Numbered from the stretch's first letter, positions 33,951 through 47,404 are shown. The stretch: 64,000 nt of DNA from Tubiluchus corallicola (GCA_030141605.1 JAQGDQ010000990.1:1-64000); one strand, 5' to 3'. Notes: generated from the letters alone by a model not told the origin. Numbers and translations are program-made.

Positions 33951-36235
33951 AATCATCACCATGATGCACGAAAAGGAAAAGTCATGTACATCAACGCAGA
34001 CAGTTTCTTAATCGTCACTTTATTCTCCATAACTGTACATAATTATTAGAGTACATTAGGGTAATAAAAGAGAGTTTATCTGTGTACCCTAATAAGCCTT
34101 CTCTTATTGTACAAAGCAGTTCAATTCCTTCACCTTTATTTTCAAACACTCAGCTGTTACTGTTACTGTATCAATTTTTTTTCTTCAGGTCTGCTATTTG
34201 GATTTTGTATATACATAATTAGTGTTTAAGTTACTGTATCAATTTTTTTACTGGTCAATTTATTCATTACCTATTCGGCTTCTGTTATACTTAATTTGTG
34301 CATAATAAGCTCTGCCTATATGAACTAGTTGTACGTTTTTAAATTTCCTTGTTACTTATGATGTTACTTGTTACAGCGGCAGCATGTTGAAACGTTTGGC
34401 ATGATTTTAACTTTTTAATGAAATGTTTTTTAATAAAATTGTGTTGTTTTTAACTATAAAGGCTAATAAAATATTCGCCTGTAATCTTCGTCAACAGAAT
34501 TGTAGCTGAAATGCTGTTAATGAGAGCAGTAATAAGTTATTACAACCAATAATTTCTTTTTCTCATTTTGCAAATACCGATTTTTCACATTCTTATTTTA
34601 TTTTTCATTAATATTTACGTTTCTTTATTTCACTCACTGTTAAAGTACAAGAAAACAAGCTTCATAAATAAAGCTTAGAACTTCGTCTTGAAATTTCGCA
34701 TATTGTCTTATTGCATACAGGTTGTATTAACAGTAACACCGTATAATACTAGGAAATTTAAACTAACAACGCCGTATAAAACTAGGACCGTTACATGCAG
34801 CCATTGTTGTTTGAAAGAAGTTTAGATAACATTGTTTGAAAAATTATCATAGCATTCGTACTATCAAAAATTTAAATTCCGTAATATTATTAATAAGATC
34901 AATAATGTGTCCTATGGTGAATCAGTGTTGCACACTGGGTAGGCGATACAGTGCCTTTTGTCCAACTGGCTCAAATATTTTAAATTGTAAAGAATTTTTT
35001 CGATTACATACGTCTTTCCAATAGGTAATCGTAATTCTAGTAAATATAACTTGGTACTGAAAATACTAAAAAATTCCCATTTCTCACCCTTTAACTTTAC
35101 AAATTATTTATTCCATTGAAGAATTCATACACGATATCAAATATATTAATTGCAAACGGTGAACCATAATCAAAATCAAGTTGAGTTTCATTAACTCTTG
35201 AATGTATGGCGAATACAAATACATACCTCATTCTTGACACAAATGCCACGTAATAATTTTAGTCACATAAGTTCGCATAAAATTACGTTTAAAACTCGCG
35301 CTTACTTGTGCCACCAGTGAGTATGGACCTTCAGCCGCGCCCCTGGCGAGAAAATTGGCTTGGTCACGTGAGCAACATCGGAGTGACGTACCAGCCAGCG
35401 TAGTTCCATAGTAATCATTTGTTTATCAATACTAGTAGCTGCTGCTTGCTGTAGTTTAAAAGAAGAATGATTTTTCATATATTTTTCAAGTCCCGGCCAA
35501 GAGCATACATTTTAGCACGATTAATACTGCAAAAGCGTTTCTGATAATCAAGTGATAGATTTTAAAATCTTAATAACGGAGGGCGAGCCCGATTATTTAT
35601 GACATCACAAACTAACATAATTTTTAACAGAAAAAATATTCTACGAGCGTGTTGCATGTGTTTACAAAAGCGAAAATTCAAGTCAGAGCTACTGTAAGAA
35701 ATTCAGTGTGTTGTATTAAAACTAGGCAAGTTTTAAGACAAAAATTCAAATTTACCGCTGTGCACACGCTGTTGAAGACAGTAGTTTGTCAGAAGCTAAC
35801 ACATCTGAACTGAGAGGTACAGCACCTGTTTTCATGTAGTGTGTTTCCAAAATGCAGGCGCTACTGCCTGTCTAACTAGCGAATGGCGAAATGCAAAGTC
35901 GGCAAAACCCGTCCGGGAATTTAACATTTCTGCGTACGGCAATCTCTGTTTTTATACCTTTTACTTTTTGTATTGTACAAGAATTCGTGCTTTCTATATG
36001 AATCTGTTAAAATTTCTATTTCCGTAGTGGATCAGGGCCTGTCGTTGACCATTTTTATACAGCATTGTCTGTCCTTATACGTTATTTGTATTAAAACTAA
36101 GTCTATAAAATGTTACGTGAACGCAAGAAGCGTTACTATAGCTGCTACCCCAAAAGTCGGTAGATTGTCGCATGAAAATTTGACCAATTCCCGACTGTGA
36201 TCCGACATCGTCCGACAAGTCGGATATTAAATTTT

Positions 36236-36517
36236 CCCGTTTACACGATATCCGACAAAGTCTGTCCGACACCATCCGATTTTGTCGAACGACTTTGTCT
36301 GATCGTGTAAACGATTCATCCGTCAATCCGATTTTGTCGAACGACTTTGTCTGATCGTGTAAACGATTCATCCGACAATCCGATTTTGTCGAACGACTTT
36401 GTCTGATCGTGTAAACGATTCATCCGACAATCCGATTTTGTCGGACGACTTTGTCTGATCGTGTAAACGATTCGTCCGACAATCCGATCTTGTCGGATCG
36501 TGTAAACCGGGTATAAG
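36236..36517. repeat. 58-bp tandem repeat ending in a PIF/Harbinger-like terminus
   Basis: CCGATTTTGTCGAACGACTTTGTCTGATCGTGTAAACGATTCATCCGACAAT-type unit, about 4 copies; ends TGTAAACCGGGTA-TAA. Confidence 0.7.
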
Positions 36518-38803
36518 TTATTTTTGGGAAAAAATAGCATGTTTACTTTCAGTATTTTACAGAGTAGATTGTTTTGACCTACAGTTTAAGATTGGGCCCG
36601 GTTTTGCTTTAAATGACAAGATGGCTCTTTAAAATTGTTTACATTATTCAGAAACTTTGTTTTTTTATTTACTCATAAGATTCTTGTTAGAGTGCATCTC
36701 TCATACGTAGTAATAGGGCTCAGAATGAATGGCAAACTGCATCAAAACATTGCTAGTTGTGATTACAAGTTACATGTTATGAATTTATTAAAATAAAAAA
36801 TGCGTGCTTCACAAAATCGAAAATTTTATAGTTTTGTGTTTTGACCATTTATTCTGGAGTTTTAAAAATATTTGTGATAATGTCAATCTACCAGCATCTC
36901 AAAGTTGTAATGATTGCATTACCTGGCTATCGCATTCCAACTTTAATTAAATTTTACAGACAATACAGTTACTCAGTAAAGATACTACAGCTACTTCTAG
37001 TTAACTAAACTTTTATGCTTGTGATTTTAATGAGTTTATTATGTGTAGTAAATTTATATATAGTTTTTAGTATTAAAATTATTGCTTTAGTATAATTTTC
37101 CAAGTTGAAATGTTTGTCATGCTTGCATTTGAATTTGCATTTGAATTTTCAAAGTAATACTGACATCAGACTGTAATTGTTTCAATTTATAAACATGGAC
37201 AGGTACTTAGATCAATGTCAGTCTCAACTGTACATAATACAATGTGTATATTTACATATCAGCTCAAAATTAAAGTTGAAAACCATTTATGACAAAGTTC
37301 TTTAACTTTCTTATCTATTTGATGTAGCACTGACAATGCTTTTTCAAGATTTATTACTTTTGTGAAAGGAAATCAGCAAATTGAAGCATTATTAGACGTA
37401 ATTTTTTACTTTATAGACATTTAACTCATTAAATTACTAATTTTCGTGTGTACCACAAATTGTTTTTTATGAACAATTCGTTCTTTTGTAAAACTTGTAT
37501 TGACCTGCATTTATGAAAAATAAATGAAGTAAATAAATAGATAAGTGTTTAAAATACGAGAGAGCTCTCCTGAGAGTTGTCATCATTTTATTTATTTGCT
37601 GGCCTATCGGAATTAATTTGACAGAAATTTTACATCGTAATGGGACGTTCAGACGTAGAAACTTGTGAACGGCTTGGCAACTTCTGTCGCAACTTGTTGC
37701 GCAATTTCTGCCTGAGATCACACATTTGTTTAAAAATTATTATTGTACTTGTATACACTTAGAACTTTCACGACACGGCAGAAAAATTGTTTTTGTCTTA
37801 CAAACTCGACGGAATTCCACTAATGAGGTGAAGGCATGCAATGACAATTTTATCAGCTGACGAGTAAGTCAGTTATAAAATAAGTTCAACTTTGATTTTC
37901 CTGATATTCCTCTTTTAAATATCAAAACTGGTTATTTCTTTTCGCGCTCGAACCCGCATATTTGCAATAAGCTTACTGGGTCCGCTAGACTGTCATCATC
38001 AGTGAACATTTTAGTGAGCACCTGGTGCAATATCATCATCGATCTTTGTTATCCCTGCCACTTCTACATATTCTTGATCATATTTTGTATTAAACCAATG
38101 TCTGTATGCTTGTCAGAAATTTGTCTTGTTAACCATGTGTTCTAAAGTTTTACAGAACTTCATGAAAAATAAACTAGCAGTAAAACATAAAAAAGGCAGG
38201 AGAGCAGTATATTTAATATTATTATTTCATATCATCTTAACAGTAAGTCTTATATAACTTGTATAAGTTACAAAACTGATTTATATACGTTTGACTAGAC
38301 ACCAAAATAATTTTCTGGGCTTGTAAATAGATAGCCTTTTGTTAAGATGCAGACCTCATTTTTAATATCATCTGAAAGTCTTACTGCAGTTTTTGAACTT
38401 ACATTTATATTATTAAATCAGACATTATCAATCGATTGAATCACTGGTTTGTTTATTGTAACTCTTCTACCAGATGTTCAAATCTTTACGCACATTTAAT
38501 TAAACATTATAAAGCAGGTGAATCATTGAAACGTTATTTAACACCTTCCCTCTTTGTCTTACACCAGATGCTCAATTTATCAGGTGAATTACCTGTACTT
38601 GTTTAATACATTAACTCTTTGCTTACACCAGATGCTCAATATATCAGGTGAATCACCAGTACCTGCTTAAGTAATTTAACTCTTTGTCTTACACCAGATG
38701 CTCAATATATCAGGTGAATTACCTGTGCTTGTTTAATACGTTAACTCTTTGCTTACACCAGATGTTCAATTTATCAGGTGAATTACCTGTACTTGTTTAA
38801 TAC

Positions 38804-39317
38804 TGTTACGGAGACACCTGTGTCGAGTCAGGTGTAGGGCCCTCTAAACGCCCTGCTTCCACGTCAGCAGCGACTCACCCCTTTCTTGTAGGTCCAGACG
38901 TCTTGTTTAGGCCTACACGTGGTGTGAGAAGCCAGCTGACCTGGAATGCCAGTATAAAAGCGTGTAGAGGTCACTACAGCCGGGGATTTCTGACACAGGT
39001 GCTCCTCGGGTGTAGTGCTGTTATTAATGTAGAGTTAGTTATTTTTTTGTGCACGTGTATTTTTGTTACTTATTTTTATTAGTGCTGTTAATAAACTCCG
39101 TACTGTGTAGTTTTTGTGTATTTTGTTTTATGAGAGTTGGATGACACGCTATAACAGGTGTAAGGTAATAATTTGCAGACATTAATTTAGCTAATTAACA
39201 TTAACATTTGTAATTAATTATTGGTTGCACAACGATTATAAATGGATCTTCATGATGCGAAATATCAGGACCGCCATGCCATCTTGGAGTTCGACCCCCT
39301 GGGTCGAATTCAGTCCA
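38804..39317 (+). repeat. 5' LTR
   Basis: TGTTAC...AGTCCA; TATAAAA at 38953 and AATAAA at about 39090; colinear with 46471-47001. Confidence 0.92.
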
Positions 39318-40962
39318 CTGGTGTCGCAGAAGTGGATAAAGAACATTCTCAACCACCCCCTGCTCAAAGTTTTTTTGATGATGATGTGGCTTCTCAGGCT
39401 TCTTCCTGGGTAAGCTCTTTAGAGCGTTGTTCTGCTGGCCCTGTTGTCAATTGTGTCCCCCCAAGCGTAATTTCACATCCTGATAATAAACTAGGTCAGA
39501 CAAATTCATTTCTGTCTGCTAGTGCTAACCTTGATCGCGTACTTGGTCAACGCGAAGATTCAGGCTTTAATACTGCCAGTCCCAGTAATCAAAATTTAGC
39601 TGTAGAATTGCAAAATTTGTCATCGCGTTGTGATTCTCAGTTTAAAGATTTGAGTTGTGCAGTGGCTGCGCTTTCTCAAGCGGTCACTAGCTTAGCAGAG
39701 AATTTTTCTGAACGCTGTGACGTATCTCTGCCTGAACATAGGCCTACTTCGAGTAGAAAACCTGTTTTGAATTCTACTCCAGCTAGCGAACTGTGCCAAA
39801 CTGTCGAACCCGCTGTTTGTAAACTAAATAGTGAATCTCCTAAACCTTTAGTCCATTTTGCTGAAAATCATGGAAATGAGAAGTTTTCAGATTTGCCAAT
39901 TCAATTTTGTACTCCCACGCATGCGCAGTCAGAAGTACCGGTTCCGAGTAGCACGTCTGTTTGTCAACCTAGCTTACACACCACAAATACTGTTAGCGCG
40001 CACGAAGTGAAAAACTTACCATTTTTTGATGGGGAAACGGTCCCATGGGAAAGTTATAAGCGCAATTTCATTTGTTAGTTGAACTTAACAGTTGGAATAA
40101 TTATGAAGCCGGTTTACGTTTAGCACTGAAACTTAAAGGGAAAGCTGTTGGGGTTCTTGAAACTTTGTCGCCTGCCCAACGCTCTGATTATGCAATGCTA
40201 TGCTCTGCTTTAAGCCGTCGATTCGGGTGTGACAATCGCGAAAGTGTATACCGCGCTCAATACAACAGCCATTACCGTCAACCCGGCGAAGATTTGCGGC
40301 AATATGCAGATCATTTGCGTACTTTGTACCACCGTGCATACCCAGCAGTAGACTTAAATTCTGCAGAACATCAATTAGAGTTGAAGTTCATAGATGGTTT
40401 GTGTGATGTAGAACTAGCTATACACGTGCAGCAAAGCTTTCCTACGAACCTTGCTGATGCGTTGGCGTCTGCTTTGTCTATAGAATCTATTCGTTTAACT
40501 GCAAAGCGCAGCGCGGAGCTTACGACTATTAAAACGCGCAGAACATTGATGCAGAATCAAGATACGGGATGGAATAAAGCTCCCACCACAGCAGAAAATT
40601 TCGAGCGTAACACAAATAATCGCGCTAAGTTTGAACTGCCAGACAATCGTGTACCTACAGAAAGGATTCACGGAACAAATGATTTTGTTTGTTACTGCTG
40701 CAATGCGGTTGGTCATTTTGCAAGGAACTGCCCATTGCGTCGTAAGTCACAACAGTCTTACCCAACAAGAACATTTGATAACTCATTTTTCCGCTTATCT
40801 CAAAACTCGCAGAGTAATTCGCGATTTTGCAGCCAGTCTAGACCGAGTAAAAGTAATCCAAATTATGACAACTCTCGCGGTTATACTGTGCCAGTTTCGA
40901 ACTCGCCGCGCAATTTTAGTAACTCGCGTAATTCTTGTCCTCCACCTTCGCGTTTTCAGTAG
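39242..40962 (+). pseudogene. gag: gag, frameshifted near 40075
   Basis: PFFDGETVPWESY, LRTLYHRAYP, FIDGL and CCHC knuckle CYCCNAVGHFARNC. Confidence 0.88.
39319..39337 (+). promoter_or_regulatory. Primer-binding site, tRNA-Leu-like with a 2-nt insertion
   Basis: TGGTGTCGCAGAAGTGGAT versus the common TGGTGTCAGAAGTGGGAT; 1 nt after the LTR end. Confidence 0.65.
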
Positions 40963-43900
40963 CGGGTGGACGGAAAAAGAGGCATCGTGCCACCCGCCAG
41001 ACTCAAAAGGCCTTGCACAAACTAAGCGAAACACTCCCTTCGGGTCAACCTAAGGTTGGTACTGTGCTCAGTGAATTGAATCAGGCTGCTGGTCTTTATG
41101 CTGTCGGCTCAATAGATGGCAATAAATGCCGAATATTAGTGGACACAGGGGCTACGCATACCACGGTTCGTCCTGAGCTTATAACCAATCAGCTTGAGCC
41201 GTTGGGGTGGCAAACCGCTATAGGTGTAACCGGTGCACCTTTGCAATTACGTGGCCCAATTTCGGTTTCATTGCAACTCGGTACAATTTCTAGTACTGTG
41301 TCGGCTTGTCTAACTGGTGACCTAGCCGGAGAAGATTGCATTTTGGGCTTAGACTGGCTTCGAGAAAATAAAGCCATAGTAGACACTGGCCTAAAACGCC
41401 TTATTCTTCCGGATGGCCGGTTTGTTGAGCTCACACTGCTACCTGGAGGTTGTACAGACGTGATAAACATTCGTCATGTGACTATACCCGCGTTTTCGGA
41501 AGCCGTTATCGAAACTCAACCTGTTTTACCGTTACCGCACACATTAGGTATGGTTAGCCTTGGCAGCAAACCATTTCGGTCAGACGGTCTTTTAACTGGT
41601 CGGATAACTTCGCCAGCTGGTGCTACTACAATTCGTGCCATAGTAGCAAACATAACCAACTATCCTGTTACACTCTCGGAAAAAGAACCTGTTGGTCAAT
41701 GGGAAAGCGTTTGTTCTATTAAACTTTCTACAATGAAAGGTTTTCAGTCTAAACCTAAAAATGCAAGCAAAAGAGCGCTTTCTGAACCCGTGCAAAAACT
41801 TTTAAATGCTAGTAAAACTGCACTATCCAGTACGCAGTACAAGCAGCTGAAAAGTCTGTTAATCAAGTATAACGATTTATTTTCCTCTGGACCCTATGAC
41901 ATTGGTCGTACAAATATTGTTCAACATCGCATTAATACAGGTACTCACCACCCTATTAAGACTCAAGCAAGGCGTCTTGGCCAGGCCCAACGCGAGGAAT
42001 TAAATGCAGCAATGGATGAAATGCAGAGACAGGGAGTAATTGAACCGTCTTGCAGCCCCTGGTCTTCTGCGGTAGTCCTTGTACGAAAGAAAGATGGAGG
42101 AACGCGATGCTGTATAGACTACAGGGCTCTGAATTCGATTACAATCAAAGACAGTTATCCACTGCCTCGCATTGATGATTCAATCGATGCTCTTTCCGGT
42201 GCCAAGTGGTTCTCCACTTTAGATTTAAAATCGGGGTACCACCAGGTAGAAATGGCACCGGAAGACAAAGAAAAGACCGCATTTGTAACACACAGAGGGT
42301 TGTGGCAGTTTAAAACTCTTCCTTTTGGTCTGGTTAATGCGCCTGCTACTTTTGAACGCTTAATGGAGCAAATTTTAACTGGCTTGCACTGGCAAACGTT
42401 GTTAATTTATTTAGATGACGTCATCGTTTTCGGGCGCACCTATGAGGAGCACCTTGCTCGGTTGCAAGAAGTTTTTGAACGTTTTATGACGGCAGGCCTA
42501 AAACTCAATGCTAAAAAGTGTTTGCTAACCCAAAGAGAGGTCACATATCTAGGACATGTTGTTAGCCATACCGGTGTACGTACAGATCCGGCAAAAATAG
42601 AAGCCGTTGTAAACTGGCTTGAACCTAATAACGTATCTGATCTTAGAAGCTTTTTAGGCCTGTGCACATACTACCGGCGTTTCAAAAAAAACTTCGCGGA
42701 TATAGCGGCACCTCTGCATTTACTAACTCGCAATCAGCAACCTTACGTTTGGCAGGCTAGCCAATAGAACGCTTTTAATTGTTTGAAAACTTTGCTTACA
42801 AATGCGCGAGTTCTGGCCTACCCACAATTTGACACTGAATTTGTACTCGACACTGACGCGAGTAGTATAGCGATCGGCGGTGTTCTCTCACAAATTCAGG
42901 GCGGCCAAGAGCGCGTGATAGCGTATTACAGCCAAATTTTATCCCCTGCAGAACGAAATTATTGCGCTACACGCCGCGAACTTCTTGCAGTGGTTAAAGC
43001 TGTGAATCACTTTCACCACTATCTTTACGGACGGCAGTTTGTTATACGCACTGACCATGCTGCTCTTCGCTGGCTGAGAACTTTGCGTAAACCAGAGGGT
43101 CAGTTAGCTCGCTGGCTTTGCAAATTAGACCAGTATGATTACACAATAGAACATCGTGCAGGCAAAAGCCACGGAAATGCGGACGCGCTTTCTCGTCGGC
43201 CCTGCGAAGCCAGTTGCAAACATTGTAGCAAACGAGAACCGAGTAACGTAATGCAACAAAATGCAAAAATTAATAAAATCGGCACAACATTAAGAGATGT
43301 AAATCTTGATTTTGCTGAAGGGCAGACCAAAGACAAAAACATAGCCCCAATATTGGGAATTTTGCAAACTTCAGCCCAAAAACCTGCATGGGAGCAAGTT
43401 TCTGCCCTGAGCCCTGAATCAAAAGCTATTTGGCACCAATGGGACACTCTCAAAGTAGAAAACGGGGCAGTGCAGCGTAAATGGGAATCTCCAGACGGGA
43501 CTGTAGTCCGTTACCAATAGCTAGTTCCTAGAGCCTTTCGTGAAAGTTTACTTACACGGTTTCATAATAATCCTACTGCTGGTCACTTCGGCCAGAACAA
43601 AACTTTTGCCAGGCTGCGTGAACGGTACTTCTGGCCAGGCATGCGGAAGGATATCCAGCTATGTTGTCGAAAAAAGGGGCCCCAGCGCAAACCAAGAGCA
43701 CCTTTGCAACAGTACAGGGTAGGAGCTCCTATGGAGCGCATAGCAATAGATGTAGCTGGACCCTTCCCTAAATCAGACTCAGCGAATAAGTATGTCCTCA
43801 TCGCTGTAGATTATTTTACCAAATGGCCGGAAGGGTACGCCCTTCCTAACCAAGAAGCAGAAACTGTAGCCACAGCCTTGGTAAATGAATTCTTTTGTCG

Positions 43901-45488
43901 GTTTGGTCTGCCTGGTGAAATTCATAGCGATCAGGGTAGAAACTTCGAGTCTCGCATTTTTCAGCAATGTTGCGAATTTTTAGACATTGTCAAGACGCGT
44001 ACCACACCTTTAAGGCCTCAATCAAATGGCCTCGCAGAAAGGTACATTAAAACTATTTCCCGTCAATTGGCACAATTCGCAAGTTTACACCAGCGTGACT
44101 GGGATGTGAAAATGCCCTTATTTCTTTTAAGTTATCGGTCAGCAGAACATGATGCTACAGGGTTTACTCCAGCCAAAGCCATGATGGGTCGGGAACTACG
44201 TCTGCCTCTCGACTTGCTAACGGGCCGACCTCCTGAATCTGTCCGTCATAATGTAGTTGACCATGTAAAGTACTTAGAAGATAGTCTACATGATGTCCAC
44301 CATTTTATTCGAAATAATTTGCGCTTCTCAGGTGAAACAATGCGTCGAAGGTACGACGTTAAAGCTAAACGTTCTCGTTTTAAAGAACATGATTTGGTAT
44401 GGTTCTTCAACCCTCAACGTAAGGTTGGACGTTCACCCAAACTGCAAATGGATTGGGATGGACCTTATACTGTAGTCAAACGATTATCAGATGTGGTATA
44501 CCGTATCAAACTTCCAGGCGCCAGAAATTGTAAAGTTGTGCATGCCGATAGGCTTTGGAAATATGCGCCACCCACGGGCTTCTCTTGGAATGCACAAGAC
44601 AATGCAACGCAAAATAATTCCACTCAAGCTAACGTAGACGAGCAAGCAACAATTATCTACGATGCTTTGGAAATCAGCACCGAATCAAGTCAGGCTGATG
44701 AGTCTCTATCTTTTGGGTTACCTCCACCACGACCCTACTCACCAGAACAAGCTTCGGTCGGTAATAAAGAAGTTGATACTGCTTCGAGTTTTCCTGCCTT
44801 GATGCCCAGTACTTCCAGCCCTTCTTTTCCAGCCTTCTTGCCACAGCTTGATTCTCCCAGGCTCTTCAACCCTAGCGATCTTTCACTGCCCAATCTCTCT
44901 CCAGTCCGCCCACGTACTTCCACTCCGAATAACCAACTTAGCTCTATCCCAGTTACTGTAGATGAAAATGGAACTAATGATTCCAGAGAAGTAAACTCAT
45001 TGTCGGAAGAGATGGACGTGAGTCCACAAAAGTTGAAATCGACTTTGAACAACGATGAAAGTAGTGAGACAATAATCTACGACCAGTTAGATTTTGGGAT
45101 AGAAAATGAAAAAAATCAGTCATTAACCCAGGTTACTGCCTCTCCCTCTCCTAACCCTGAGCGTGACGTTTCACCTTCCTCACTTATCATTCCGGATCAA
45201 GATGACTTAATTCTAACACCACCTTGTATTACCCCTACGACATTCTATGGCATATCTTTGGAAGATCGCGAGCCTCCCTCACCATCTCTCCACACCTATC
45301 CACATCGTAATCGCCTCCCTACCACGTTTTATGGAGATTACATTTTTACCGACCCAACTGCAACTCGAACTCGAGCACAGGACTCAACCATACGCTCTAT
45401 ACGAGGCCTACTACCTGCCAGCGTACACTGGGATGTAGATGCCAATAACGTTCTTTGCAGTGTGCGAACCCGGAAGCCAGCTTACTAA
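40935..45488 (+). pseudogene. pol: pol (protease, RT, RNase H, integrase) with two premature TAG stops
   Basis: LVDTGA, LPFGL/YLDD, DTDAS, IHSDQG...SNGLAER, WDGPY; single frame; TAG at 42765-42767 and 43518-43520; in-frame loss in the integrase CxxC. Confidence 0.95.
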
Positions 45489-46457
45489 GTAGCACGAGGA
45501 GCAAAAGCATTAGACTGACAAGCCACTCTTGCGTAGTTATCAAGTAGTTGTCTTTCCCAGCAGCAACAACGTAGCAGTCTGTAAGACCAAAATGAAGCCC
45601 AGTACGGAAAGGAACACAACGAGAATACCACCTGATCCGATGTTCCAGTTGATTTTGTTAAGTAGTCAAGATAATTTTTTTTGCATTAATTAGTAGTTAT
45701 AGCCAACCCTTGGGTTGTTAAGTTTTTTTTCATTCTCTTGTGATGTAGCTAGAACGATTTTTTTTACATTACTAAAGCCGTTGAGAGATTTGTAACAGCA
45801 CAAGCCCCGTGGTATGCCTTTTCTTTATAGCCGAGGAGACGTCAGAGATCCCGAAGCACTCGGCGGGCTCCTGTAATCTCGTCAAAAGAGAGATTGAAGT
45901 AGTCTGAATGACGATGATGGTGATAATTATGTCAGGAGTCTGCTCAGCGCCTCGTATTAAGTATTTGTACTTATACATTACGTTCCTTTATTTTTTTTTT
46001 TGTTAGACAACCATATAGAAGCGCAAAATTTTTTTGTAAAAATTTGCCTGAGTTATGATAATGCTAAGTCGTATTTTCCTATGTGAAACGTGAAGCTTTA
46101 GGAAATTTATAAATTTGTTAGACGACGGTTACGTTGTTCAATTTGTATCGTATAACTGATTCCTAATGAAAGTTTAGATTAACTCTCAAACAGACAGCGT
46201 AAAACAGTTTATCCTTTTGTTTGTTATATCGAAAATTATCTAATCTCTGTACCAAATAGGTTATCACTTGTGTAGCAATTGCGTATTGCCTTAAAATAAT
46301 GTCAACAAGAATGGAAATATATCGTGCTCATCTTTCATTATTGTAACTTAAAGAAACCTTTGCTTAAGGAATTTTTGTTGCCTTGTGCTAGGTGGCAGCA
46401 CATGCCTGGTCACTGTCTAACTCCTAGTTCTGGAACCGTTTGAGGACAAACGGAACT

Positions 46458-46470
46458 GGGGAGGAGGCAA
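46458..46470 (+). promoter_or_regulatory. Polypurine tract
   Basis: GGGGAGGAGGCAA directly before the 3' LTR. Confidence 0.85.
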
Positions 46471-47001
46471 TGTTACGGAGGCACCTGTGTCGGGTCAGGT
46501 GTAGGGCCCTCTACACGCCCTGCTTCCACGTCAGCAGCGACTCACCCCTTTCTTGTAGGTCCAGACGTCTTGTTTGGGCCTACACGTGGTGTGAGAAGCC
46601 AGCTGACCTGGAATGCCAGTATAAAAGCGTGTAGAGGTCACTACAGCCTTGATTTCTGACACAGGTGCTCCTCGGGTGTAGTGCTGTTACTGAGTTAGTT
46701 AGTTATTTTTTTGTGCACGTGTATTTTGGTTCCTTATTTTTATTAGTGCTGTTAATAAACTCCGTACAGTGTAGTTTTTTGTGTATTTTGTTTTATGAGA
46801 GTTAGATGACACGTTATAACAGGTATAAGGTACTAGTTTACAGACATTAATTTAGCTAATTAACATAACATTTGTAATTAACATTAACATTTGTAATTAA
46901 GTATCGGTTACACAACGATTATAAAATGGAACTTCATGATGCGCAATATCAAGACCGCCATGCCACCTTGGAGTTCGACCCCTTGGGTCGAATTCAGTCC
47001 A
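46471..47001 (+). repeat. 3' LTR
   Basis: TGTTAC...AGTCCA; homology with the 5' LTR stops at CA. Confidence 0.92.
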
Positions 47002-47216
47002 ATATGTTATGATCGTTAGACATTATCTACTGGTCATGACACTGAACTTGTAATCAAAGTCCATGGTTCAAGTTCATATTTAAAAAAATTTAATACAGGA
47101 TGGGTTCATGACAGTATGTAAATCTAAGCACAATAGAAGCTATTTACAACATACATATTGTTAACATATACATTATTAACAAGTGCGACAGTGGTTAGTA
47201 GAAATAATTAAATAAT

Positions 47217-47404
47217 CGCCTCCCCCTCCTCCCGGTGGGCCCGATTCGAAAAATAAACCCCCAATGAGACGACACTAGATCGAGACCTTTCGTTTGATGT
47301 ATAGATCGCCGCAAATGGTGAACTGGTCGGAGCTGTAGCCTCGAATCTTATATATATATTTATAAATTAAGCCCATACCAAGAATATTAATATAAGAGTA
47401 TAGA
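47217..47404 (-). mobile_element. 5' fragment of the same Helitron family
   Basis: Minus strand A|TCTATACTCTTATATTAATATTCTTGG...; matches about 10425-10600. Confidence 0.8.

Larger units (their letters stand above)
38804..47001 (+). mobile_element. Full-length Ty3/gypsy LTR retrotransposon, mutated
   Basis: Paired TG..CA LTRs, PBS, PPT, gag, and PR-RT-RH-IN order; TSD ATAC / ATAT (consistent with CpG decay). Confidence 0.96.

Noticed and set aside
37328-37397. Candidate upstream DEG/ENaC exon
   Set aside because: AG/GT-bounded, but no frame resembles the pre-TM2 channel sequence
42765-43520. Programmed TAG read-through in pol
   Set aside because: The stops fall within the RT-RNase H connection and before integrase, alongside a gag frameshift and a zinc-finger deletion; decay is the simpler explanation
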